DNA from: Oligoflexales bacterium
GTDB taxonomy: Bacteria; Bdellovibrionota_B; Oligoflexia; Oligoflexales; Bog-1112
Direction of reading: 5' to 3'
DNA: 11,607 nucleotides
Assembly (NCBI GenBank): GCA_045105515.1
Contig: JBGCDR010000115.1
Location: 1 to 11,607, forward strand
In this document: positions 1 through 7,174 of the stretch, piece by piece
Numbering within the stretch: position 1 is the stretch's first letter
Layout of the letters: every line of letters starts with the position of its first letter
Translations under genes and position numbers: made by a program
Notes under the pieces: generated by a model
What the model saw: the letters and a program-made list of their open reading frames with translations, nothing else
Databases searched by the model: none
What the model was told of the DNA's origin: nothing

Positions 1-34
1 TCACTTGTCTTTCCGGTAACATGAAAATAAACAT
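1..34 (-). CDS. Possible 5' start of a gene running off the left edge (MFIFMLPERQV...)
   Basis: ATG at 34-32 on the minus strand, with a strong SD (GGGAGGG, complement of 41-47) 6 nt upstream. The frame is open to position 1. Only 11 codons are visible. Confidence 0.35.
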   Translation of the reverse strand, partial: MFIFMLPERQV

Positions 35-163
35 ATCAAGCCCTCCCAGAATTACGTTTGGGATCAGCTTATCAATATTTACATAATAATCATATAAAAT
101 AATAATATTAGCTGGTTAAAAAATTAGACAACTCTAATATATTCAGTGAGTCTTAGAGAGTCA

Positions 164-751
164 TTATAATGCGATTATTTGAGATTCAGATTCTTTAATA
201 AAACACTCGTTGTGTTCCGAAAAGATCACAACACCCTTATTTTTTACGTGTTGCTTGATTCGGAAAGCTAAAAACTTCACTGCCTTTTGATCGAGACCAT
301 TTGTTGGCTCATCTAGAATCCACAAGGGGCACTCATCGATAAGAGTTGCTACTAAAAAAAGTTTCTTTATCTGCCCAAGAGACATCGCACGACATTTAAG
401 ATCCAAAATCTTATTAAGCTCTAATTCTTCGTTTGCTGCTTCCGAATACTTTAACAGATCGTTTTTCCGTATGCTTGCAATGTATTCCAAAAAAGTTCTG
501 CCACGAATGAATGGGTATGTTGTTGGTTTGTCTGGCAAAAAACTACGGTTCTTATTTAAATCATCAAATGAATAGGTGACCGTTCCTTCGAATTTTTGAT
601 CTAGACCACTTAAAATTTTTAGAAGAGTACTTTTACCTGCCCCATTTTTTCCATTCAATGCATAGGAACCAGACTCAAACGCATGGTTAAAGTTGTGGAT
701 AATCCTTTTGGATCCAAATGATTTACTGATACCTTGTGCTGAAACAATCAA
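164..751 (-). CDS. ABC transporter ATP-binding subunit (exporter type, ~195 aa)
   Basis: Walker A GKNGAGKST, signature variant MSLGQ, Walker B WILDEP, H-loop SEH. The TTG at 751 (LIVSAQGISKSFG) lies just after the permease stop at 756 and behind GGGGAC, so it is preferred over the ORF-track start at 814. Confidence 0.93.
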   Translation of the reverse strand: MIVSAQGISKSFGSKRIIHNFNHAFESGSYALNGKNGAGKSTLLKILSGLDQKFEGTVTYSFDDLNKNRSFLPDKPTTYPFIRGRTFLEYIASIRKNDLLKYSEAANEELELNKILDLKCRAMSLGQIKKLFLVATLIDECPLWILDEPTNGLDQKAVKFLAFRIKQHVKNKGVVIFSEHNECFIKESESQIIAL

Positions 752-755
752 TTTA

Positions 756-1754
756 TTATCGTCCCCATAAAAATAGTAGCAAGGCTGGCAATAATGCTCC
801 CAATAACCAAGCATGCGTAAATTTTAATATTCTAAGTGATAGACAAAGCATAAATACGATAAGAGCCACCAGCACAGCATAAATGTCCATCGCGACCATA
901 AAGTATCCAAGCATAAAGACTGGAATAGCTAGAATCATAAATGCGACTAAATCACTGTAAAAAACCTGGAAACGGGATGTAGGTAACATAGAAAAATAGT
1001 GCTTATATTGGTCATCTATATCGTGCATCCTCGTAACTAGCCGCGAAAAGTATGCCAACCCCCAGTACATCCCCACCGCATGGATCGAACCGAGTGAACT
1101 CTTGGTATATGGACTATTATAAAATATCAGATACCCAAGTGTCGCTAATAAGATATAATCCAAGCATATTTTGCCTTTTAATACAGCCAAAACTATCTGT
1201 AATCGCAAGATTATTGATGAGCTTGGGGTCGGTAAAAATTGAAATGACAACCCCCTACTCGCCTCCAATACCGGCAAGCAATGCTTATTTCCTAAATATA
1301 GGATGAGGATGGCTGTCAACGAAGCTGCAAAATCAATCAAGGTATACATGCAAAAGGCTGATAGGCTCTTAAGGAGTGGTGCTTTAGAACAAGATATAAA
1401 AAAACCTATCCAAGCAATCATGGGAATACTAACGGTAAAAAAGATCAGGCAGCGCAAGAGCGGGGCATAGAACCTGGGCAAAGGCAGAGTGTTAAGGAAC
1501 CCAATGATATTTTGATTTTTCGTAAAAATATCCGAGTGCAAAAGAGCAAATAATAAAAACACTAAATATACCTTAAACGATATATTTAAACTGCCTTCAG
1601 CGAGACAATTGCCTATATAACCAATATCTTGATTGGATAAAGTCGTGAGGATAAAAAGGCAAAACAAGTAGAAGATATTTCTTACTCTACTTGAAACTGC
1701 CTGATTTAATACAAGTAATTGTGTCCAAGACAAACTTCTTAAGAAGATTTTCAT
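756..1754 (-). CDS. Polytopic membrane protein, probable ABC exporter permease
   Basis: 332 aa with many hydrophobic segments. It sits directly upstream of the ATPase. Two 'LP..R' motifs (FLNTLPLPRF; YFSMLPTSRF) resemble those of ABC-2-like permease halves. Confidence 0.75.
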   Translation of the reverse strand: MKIFLRSLSWTQLLVLNQAVSSRVRNIFYLFCLFILTTLSNQDIGYIGNCLAEGSLNISFKVYLVFLLFALLHSDIFTKNQNIIGFLNTLPLPRFYAPLLRCLIFFTVSIPMIAWIGFFISCSKAPLLKSLSAFCMYTLIDFAASLTAILILYLGNKHCLPVLEASRGLSFQFLPTPSSSIILRLQIVLAVLKGKICLDYILLATLGYLIFYNSPYTKSSLGSIHAVGMYWGLAYFSRLVTRMHDIDDQYKHYFSMLPTSRFQVFYSDLVAFMILAIPVFMLGYFMVAMDIYAVLVALIVFMLCLSLRILKFTHAWLLGALLPALLLFLWGR

Positions 1755-1934
1755 CCAAACGGTGTCCCTTTTTCACTTTTTCCCTAGTAAGAATTATCCC
1801 TTGAATCCTTAAGAGGGTCGTTAGAAATCGCTTAGCGTGTGTATATTCTTTGCTAAGTGAAATGTAAACATGAAAGTACCCTCATTATTAGAGTTTGATG
1901 AGATTTATATTTTTTATTATTTTTTTAATATTGA

Positions 1935-1964
1935 TTGAATTTTTTTTTACACATTTTGTATCTT
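1935..1964 (+). promoter_or_regulatory. Candidate sigma70-type promoter for the precursor/operon
   Basis: TTGAAT (1935-1940), 18 nt spacer, TATCTT (1959-1964), in an AT-rich divergent intergenic region. Such matches arise easily in AT-rich DNA. Confidence 0.25.
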
Positions 1965-2035
1965 CCGCCCATCGTAAACAGATCATCGAATGTTGGACCA
2001 CATTGATGACAAACAACAGTATAAATGGAGTAAGT

Positions 2036-2113
2036 ATGTCTTTTGAAATCAACGTAATTGAGACAAGCGGACAAAATGCACAAACTGGATGTAACAGTTG
2101 TGGATGCCCCTAG
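2036..2113 (+). CDS. Putative RiPP precursor peptide, 25 aa, MSFEINVIETSGQNAQTGCNSCGCP
   Basis: ATG at 2036 with GGAG SD at 2027-2030. The C-terminal core is C-x-x-C-x-C-P. A hairpin terminator follows immediately, then the DUF692 operon. It is the 3' part of the ORF-track 1895..2113 call. Confidence 0.85.
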   Translation: MSFEINVIETSGQNAQTGCNSCGCP

Positions 2114-2115
2114 TT

Positions 2116-2146
2116 AAAATTAGCGGGGTGTCCCGCTAATTTTTCT
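2116..2146 (+). terminator. Intrinsic terminator/stabilising hairpin after the precursor
   Basis: Perfect 12-bp stem AAAATTAGCGGG (2116-2127), loop GTGT, CCCGCTAATTTT (2132-2143), with a short T tract. It starts 3 nt after the precursor stop. Confidence 0.85.
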
Positions 2147-2187
2147 CTAGATAACTTATTTCAACCTTAATACTGAGAATTGATCCA

Positions 2188-2724
2188 GTGATTATTGAGC
2201 AACTAAAGCAACAAAACCTTCATGAATACTGTGAGCTACAGCTGGCTATAGACTCAACAAGCTCGTTTATGGATTATGATGCAGATGAACGCATAGATAC
2301 ACTTCAGGACTTACTTAACTCGCGATTTAAAAATGGCAATTCGATCTTTCTGGTAGCGAAACAATCCAATCGCTTGGTGGGTTACGGTGAGATTCACGGC
2401 ATGAAAACAAAGAAGAAGAAACATGTTTGCTGGGCACTGGGTGGGTTCATCCCTTGCTTTCAAAGCCAAGGATTTGGTTCGAAAATGCTTTCAAGTATTT
2501 TAGATCATGCTGCAAAAAAATGGAGACGGCTTGATGTGACTGTGATGGATGGGAACATCAAATCGGTTAAGTTACTTAAGTCTTTCGGATTCCAAGAAGA
2601 AGGTAAAAGACATAAAGCCATCCATCATGATGGCAAGTACTACGATGAGATATACCTAGGGATAGATCTAAAAAAATGGAGACAAGGGCGTGTCAGCAAA
2701 AGCACGACAAAATCTATACGCTAA
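2188..2724 (+). CDS. GNAT family N-acetyltransferase
   Basis: Acetyl-CoA motif A QSQGFGSKML and the C-terminal motif N..SVKLLKSFGFQEEG...DGKYYDE. GTG start. Confidence 0.9.
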   Translation: MIIEQLKQQNLHEYCELQLAIDSTSSFMDYDADERIDTLQDLLNSRFKNGNSIFLVAKQSNRLVGYGEIHGMKTKKKKHVCWALGGFIPCFQSQGFGSKMLSSILDHAAKKWRRLDVTVMDGNIKSVKLLKSFGFQEEGKRHKAIHHDGKYYDEIYLGIDLKKWRQGRVSKSTTKSIR

Positions 2725-3502
2725 GCTTATCAATAGCAAAGAAGTTCGGATTCTATATAAAAATAGCTCACCTGAAGCCATCATGGCACAATTTGGGATT
2801 GGCCACACAGACTATGAGGCTATTTTTAGCTTTTTAAATCAAAAACAGCGAAGGTTTGATCGATCTGCACAACTAAACCTACGCAACAGGTGGTTTGGGG
2901 TTTTAGAGTGCCTTAGTAGCCTTGAAAAGTTCATGACTAAGCAAGAAATCGCATTAAATTGGCGAAAATTCATCAGAAATCTACCACTTGGGATCCCAAA
3001 AAACCCACACGCTGAGGCATTGGCTTTTATCGATTTTATGTTGCAAAATCATTCACCTGGCATACTCGCAAACGTCTTAAGGTATGAGAAAAATAAAAAT
3101 CAGGTTCTATTCTCTTTTTTAAATTCTGATTTTAAAAAAGCACAGTCATCATCTTATGAGCAATATGAGGACCTTAGCTACCCCTTCGTATTCCAAGGCT
3201 ACCTAATGCAAGATTTCAAATATGATTTCAGCAGCATTAACGATGGAAAGCTTGAAAGAAAAAATTCAACCGTTCTATTTGCCAAGAACCTTTCAGGTCC
3301 AGGGATCATCACTTTGAATGTAAATCGTGACTTGCAAGGACTTCTAATCAAACTAAATGGATTAAATAGCGTAGAAAAACTACTGCCTCTATACCCTGAG
3401 GTTGCTGCACATCAATTGGTTGGTACCTTGGAGACATTGAGTAAAATTGGAATACTAACCTTCCTAAAAGGGGGCAAAGATGAATGCAAGAAAAATTTCT
3501 AA
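2690..3502 (+). CDS. Probable MNIO partner protein with C-terminal RRE/winged-helix (DUF2063/MbnC/TglI-like role)
   Basis: Overlaps the DUF692 gene. It has a helical N-terminus, an 'EALAFIDF...LRYE' segment like DUF2063-type partners, and a C-terminal beta-strand + helix pattern (LLIKLNGLNSVEKL...LETLSKIGIL) typical of PqqD/RRE folds. The call rests on context plus pattern. Confidence 0.7.
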   Translation: MSAKARQNLYAKLINSKEVRILYKNSSPEAIMAQFGIGHTDYEAIFSFLNQKQRRFDRSAQLNLRNRWFGVLECLSSLEKFMTKQEIALNWRKFIRNLPLGIPKNPHAEALAFIDFMLQNHSPGILANVLRYEKNKNQVLFSFLNSDFKKAQSSSYEQYEDLSYPFVFQGYLMQDFKYDFSSINDGKLERKNSTVLFAKNLSGPGIITLNVNRDLQGLLIKLNGLNSVEKLLPLYPEVAAHQLVGTLETLSKIGILTFLKGGKDECKKNF

Positions 3503-4301
3503 GTTGGGGATAGGGCTTAGTTATATCCCTGATTTGCGAGCTGAGCTTTTGGCTCACCTCGACGAGATCGACTTTTTTGAGTTTTATTCCGAAAGCTTTT
3601 TCTATCCGAATTTTGATCCAATTCAAAAAAAGATAATTGCAGAAAAACCAATGGTTATGCATGGCTTAGATATGTCGCTTGGGGAGATTGTACCTGCAAA
3701 TCAGAAACATCAGAGCCAACTAGCCAAAGCTGTTAAGAATTATCAACCCAAATGGTTCAGTGATCATCTATGCATGACCAAATCTTCTGGAGAAGAAGTT
3801 GGGCATCTGATGCCCATTGAGTTCAATGACGAGGTTTTAGAAAACATTTGCAAAAAGATTACTGAAGTTTCAGAACTTTGTGATCTCCCTTTTCTCATCG
3901 AAAACATCACATATTATTACCAACTCCCTTTCGCTACCTATGGTGAATGCGAGTTTATAAGCAAGGTTGTTGAAAACTCTGATTGCGGAATCCTCTTGGA
4001 TGTCAATAATTTATACATCAATTCTGTAAATCATAGATACGACCCCTATAGCTTTATCGATCACTTACCCCATGAGCGGATAATTGAGGTTCACATAGCG
4101 GGTGGATCAAGAAAATTGGGCATGATGGTTGACACGCATGCAAACAAGATTCAAGCGGAAGTTTGGGCTTTACTAGAGTATGTTATGCGCCGCACTTCTG
4201 TAAAAGGGGTTGTTTTAGAACGAGATGCTAATATTCCTCCAATCAAGGATATCTTAGCTGAGCTTGCATACGCACGAGAGATTGCCAAGAGAACTTGTTA
4301 G
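3480..4301 (+). CDS. DUF692 family multinuclear non-heme iron-dependent oxidative enzyme (MNIO)
   Basis: Characteristic motifs: GIGL, HGLDMSLG, WFSDHLC, HLMP, FLIENI, LLDVNNLYINSVNH, EVHIAG, VDTH, VVLERD. 273 aa. SD GGGGG upstream. Confidence 0.95.
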   Translation: MNARKISKLGIGLSYIPDLRAELLAHLDEIDFFEFYSESFFYPNFDPIQKKIIAEKPMVMHGLDMSLGEIVPANQKHQSQLAKAVKNYQPKWFSDHLCMTKSSGEEVGHLMPIEFNDEVLENICKKITEVSELCDLPFLIENITYYYQLPFATYGECEFISKVVENSDCGILLDVNNLYINSVNHRYDPYSFIDHLPHERIIEVHIAGGSRKLGMMVDTHANKIQAEVWALLEYVMRRTSVKGVVLERDANIPPIKDILAELAYAREIAKRTC

Positions 4302-4309
4302 GAAAAAAG

Positions 4310-4876
4310 ATGGATCACACGTTAAAAGTTTCGCGATGCCTCGTCGTCGCTCATCCTGATGATGAAGTTATCTGGTTTGCTCCAGAATATTTTAACCTAA
4401 TTGTCATTGTATTTTTAGGGAGGGAAGACAAGCCTTGGATGGATCCTTGCCGGAAAAAGAGTCTGTTTGAGCATGACCTAGGCGATAAGATCCTCTGTTT
4501 GAATCTTATTGAATCTGGATTTTGGAAGGACGCCTCGAGAAGTAAAGAACATAGGTCAGCTTATGCCAAGACTCAAAGAGAACTAAAAGCAATTTTTAAT
4601 CGCTCCAGCTTTAACGAAATTTACACCCATGGCCCTGAAGGGGAATATGGGCATAGTGATCATACACTTGTCCATCAGGTTGTCAAAAAAGTGCTAAGAC
4701 CAGATCAAATGATGTATTACCCTGTGTCTCACACATCCAGATTATTTGACCTAGTACATAAAAGTGACACGGTACTGCGAAAAAGAATCATGCAAGTATA
4801 TAAGATGAATAAATGTTGGACTTGGAACGAAGATCATATTTTTAATGAAGAGATAAAGTATCGTGCAATTAAATAG
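4310..4876 (+). CDS. PIG-L/LmbE family metal-dependent de-N-acetylase
   Basis: AHPDDE motif and THGPEGEYGHSDH motif. ATG at 4310 behind AGGA is preferred to TTG 4295. Confidence 0.9.
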   Translation: MDHTLKVSRCLVVAHPDDEVIWFAPEYFNLIVIVFLGREDKPWMDPCRKKSLFEHDLGDKILCLNLIESGFWKDASRSKEHRSAYAKTQRELKAIFNRSSFNEIYTHGPEGEYGHSDHTLVHQVVKKVLRPDQMMYYPVSHTSRLFDLVHKSDTVLRKRIMQVYKMNKCWTWNEDHIFNEEIKYRAIK

Positions 4877-5579
4877 GCATAATAAAAAAATCAGGACCCT
4901 ACTAGGACTTGCCTCTATTCCATCTAGAAAGGAGATGATGCGGCAAACCTTGAAATCCATATCATCTCAAGTCGACCACATCGTGGTTTACCTCAACAGA
5001 TATGATCATGTTCCCGATTTTTTACGCTCTGATAAGATAAGTATCTTTGGCATTGATGGACCCGATTTGGGTGATGTAGGTAAGTTTTATGCCATTGAGC
5101 ACTGTAATGCTGAATTTTTTCTGACGATTGATGATGATATCATCTACCCACACAACTACGTTGCTGCTTTAATCGAAAGTTATCAAAATTGGGATGCAGA
5201 CACTATTATTTGTGTCCATGGAAATAAGATCCCCAAAAAAATAACTGCTTCCTATTATCAGGAGAAAGTAGGGCTGCACTTTTCATCCATTCTTGACAAG
5301 GACACCCTAGTAGATGTGCCAGGTACGGGGACTATGATCATCCAACCTAAGATGCATAGAATCTCGTTAGATTTATTTTCAAGACCAAATATGTCGGATA
5401 TCTGGTTGTACAAATACGCTCGTCTGAACAAGAAGCGAGTTGTGGCTATTAAACGGCAAAGTTTATGGCTAAAAGAGCAAGAGCATCAAGTGTGGAGTGA
5501 TTCGATCTATTCACAGCATAAATCTAATGATGGGTTTCAAATCAACATCATTAACAGATACCTAGATTACCTTGGATGA
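4863..5579 (+). CDS. GT-A fold (GT2-like) glycosyltransferase
   Basis: N-terminal LASIPSR...TLKSISSQVD, GDVGKF, the DxD motif in TIDDDIIYP, GTGT, and MSDIW. Confidence 0.85.
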   Translation: MQLNRHNKKIRTLLGLASIPSRKEMMRQTLKSISSQVDHIVVYLNRYDHVPDFLRSDKISIFGIDGPDLGDVGKFYAIEHCNAEFFLTIDDDIIYPHNYVAALIESYQNWDADTIICVHGNKIPKKITASYYQEKVGLHFSSILDKDTLVDVPGTGTMIIQPKMHRISLDLFSRPNMSDIWLYKYARLNKKRVVAIKRQSLWLKEQEHQVWSDSIYSQHKSNDGFQINIINRYLDYLG

Positions 5580-5583
5580 CAAT

Positions 5584-6345
5584 ATGGATCAAATAACGAA
5601 TAATTTTTCTGAAACTGGATACCTTATACTAAAGAATTTCCTCTCTGAAGGTGAATTTACTTCACTTAAACGAGAGGTAGAAAATTATGAGGCTAAGGCA
5701 CAAGAAAAGAATATGTGGATGAACTATTATGAAGCAGTGGAAGGTAGTAAACTACTAAACCGGATAGAAAACCTATCACCCTACAGTCGAGTTATTCATA
5801 ATTTAACGAGGGATAAAAGACTTCACGCTTTGATGACAAGCCTGACAGGCTCCCATTATTCCCTTCTTAAGGATAAAATAAACTTTAAAAGACCTGGGGG
5901 GAGAGGTTTTAAGCCTCATCAAGATGGTGCGGCCTTCTCTAAATTCACTCGCAAAGAAATCTTAACGGTTCTTATTCCGATTGATCATTTCACGAATAGT
6001 AATGGGTGTTTTGAGATCTATAATAGTAATAGGATTCCGAGGTTAATGGAACATCAAAATGGATCCTTAGAGTTTATGAAACTAGAGGAAAATAGGTGGG
6101 ATAAGGTGTTTCTAAAGCAAAGAGACATTATGATTTTTAGCGGTCGCTTAATACACTGTTCCAAGAATAATTGTGATTCAATGCCTCGCAGGGTCTGCTT
6201 CTTCACATACAATGATCTAAAAGATGGCAATCTCTTCGATGAATACCTGAACTATAAGCGCACTCATTTTCCACCTGAGCTAGAACGACAAGGTCAATCA
6301 AACCTCAATCACTGGACCTCCCATTTATCTTGCAAGATCCTTTAG
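5584..6345 (+). CDS. PhyH-family Fe(II)/2-oxoglutarate dioxygenase (PhnY-like sequence signature)
   Basis: GYLILKNFLS, KDKINFKRPGGRGFKPHQD (HxD), a distal His in LIHCS, and the 2OG-binding Arg in PRR. The start could be TTG 5572 or ATG 5584. Confidence 0.9.
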   Translation: MDQITNNFSETGYLILKNFLSEGEFTSLKREVENYEAKAQEKNMWMNYYEAVEGSKLLNRIENLSPYSRVIHNLTRDKRLHALMTSLTGSHYSLLKDKINFKRPGGRGFKPHQDGAAFSKFTRKEILTVLIPIDHFTNSNGCFEIYNSNRIPRLMEHQNGSLEFMKLEENRWDKVFLKQRDIMIFSGRLIHCSKNNCDSMPRRVCFFTYNDLKDGNLFDEYLNYKRTHFPPELERQGQSNLNHWTSHLSCKIL

Positions 6346-6355
6346 GAGAAAAGCT

Positions 6356-7174
6356 ATGTATCTATTACTTGGTCATAAAAGCGTAGACTGCATTCTTTCA
6401 AAAGTATTGCAAAGGTTTAAAGGGGTAAATCGATGGGAAAGGTACCTTCATCTACTAGCAACTCATTCTTATTTACAAAATCTAGAAGGTACCATTTCTA
6501 AAAAACCAGTTTTTTCAGACATCAAGGGTCTAAAAACTGTCGCCCCGAAGTATTATGACACAGTATACAAGGATTTTTCTAAAAATAGCAAGGTGAACAC
6601 CGAGCGACTTTGCAATGGGTTTTTCGACGATGTGATTTTGGAGCTATCAAAACGAAGTGTCGATATTCATCAAACATTTAGCTTTCTTGTTCGTTATATC
6701 ATCATCCACTCCATGCAGCAGTACACCAAGGGAACTACTGAAGATTCACTGGGTTTAGTGATAATAAATGGTCAGGATCATCTTGAGAAAGAGGATTACA
6801 TAGAATTGATGGTGCATCAAATGAATCATATGATCATGTTTTTAGATGATAAGCTCAACCCCCAAGTTTCTAATGAAAACAAATGTCTCCCTATAACCTT
6901 GCCGATCAATACAGCAGCAGGCACAAGAAGCATGTCATTTTATGTCCTCCTTCACAGTTTTATGGTAGGTGTCGAGGTTTTGCTGTTTAGAAAAAAATTT
7001 GCCACAGAATCTTTCCACGGGGCTTTTCATGGGTCAACCTCTCAACTTACCTCAAGATGCATGCATGCCTTTCACCTTCTTGCTGATAAACGGGATTATT
7101 TACTACCAAGAGGTGTATGGATTTTAGAAGCATATAGAGAACAGTTAAGCTATTTTCAGGAGCACTTTTTGTGA
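6356..7174 (+). CDS. aKG-HExxH-like protein (putative peptide beta-hydroxylase), HQxxH variant
   Basis: Pattern GTT...LGLVIIN...DYIELMVHQMNHMIMF...LLHS matches the RiPP-associated HExxH domain layout (ExxxHExxH plus a distal His). SD AGGAG at 6344-6348. Confidence 0.65.
   Translation: MYLLLGHKSVDCILSKVLQRFKGVNRWERYLHLLATHSYLQNLEGTISKKPVFSDIKGLKTVAPKYYDTVYKDFSKNSKVNTERLCNGFFDDVILELSKRSVDIHQTFSFLVRYIIIHSMQQYTKGTTEDSLGLVIINGQDHLEKEDYIELMVHQMNHMIMFLDDKLNPQVSNENKCLPITLPINTAAGTRSMSFYVLLHSFMVGVEVLLFRKKFATESFHGAFHGSTSQLTSRCMHAFHLLADKRDYLLPRGVWILEAYREQLSYFQEHFL

Noticed and set aside
1052..1306. 84-aa + strand ORF
   Set aside because: Antisense shadow inside the permease gene, with no motifs.
1948..1960. 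TACA-N5-TGTA palindrome as a CopY cop box
   Set aside because: The cop box is TACA-N2-TGTA. The spacing is wrong and such a match is expected by chance in AT-rich DNA.
1895..2035. N-terminal extension of the 72-aa ORF (MMRFIFFIIFLILIEFFF...) as a signal peptide for the precursor
   Set aside because: It derives from T-rich promoter-like DNA and lacks a good SD, while ATG 2036 has GGAG at good spacing. It is not fully excluded, since some MNIO substrates have signal peptides.
2036..4301. Calling the locus a methanobactin (mbnABC) or bufferin operon
   Set aside because: The leader lacks the Lys-rich MbnA pattern and a signal peptide, and there is no TonB receptor, MbnN/F/M-type gene or DoxX partner. 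Gene symbols were therefore withheld.
5584..6345. Phosphonate catabolism (phnY/phnZ) assignment
   Set aside because: There is no HD-domain PhnZ or phosphonate transporter nearby, and the gene is embedded in a biosynthetic operon.
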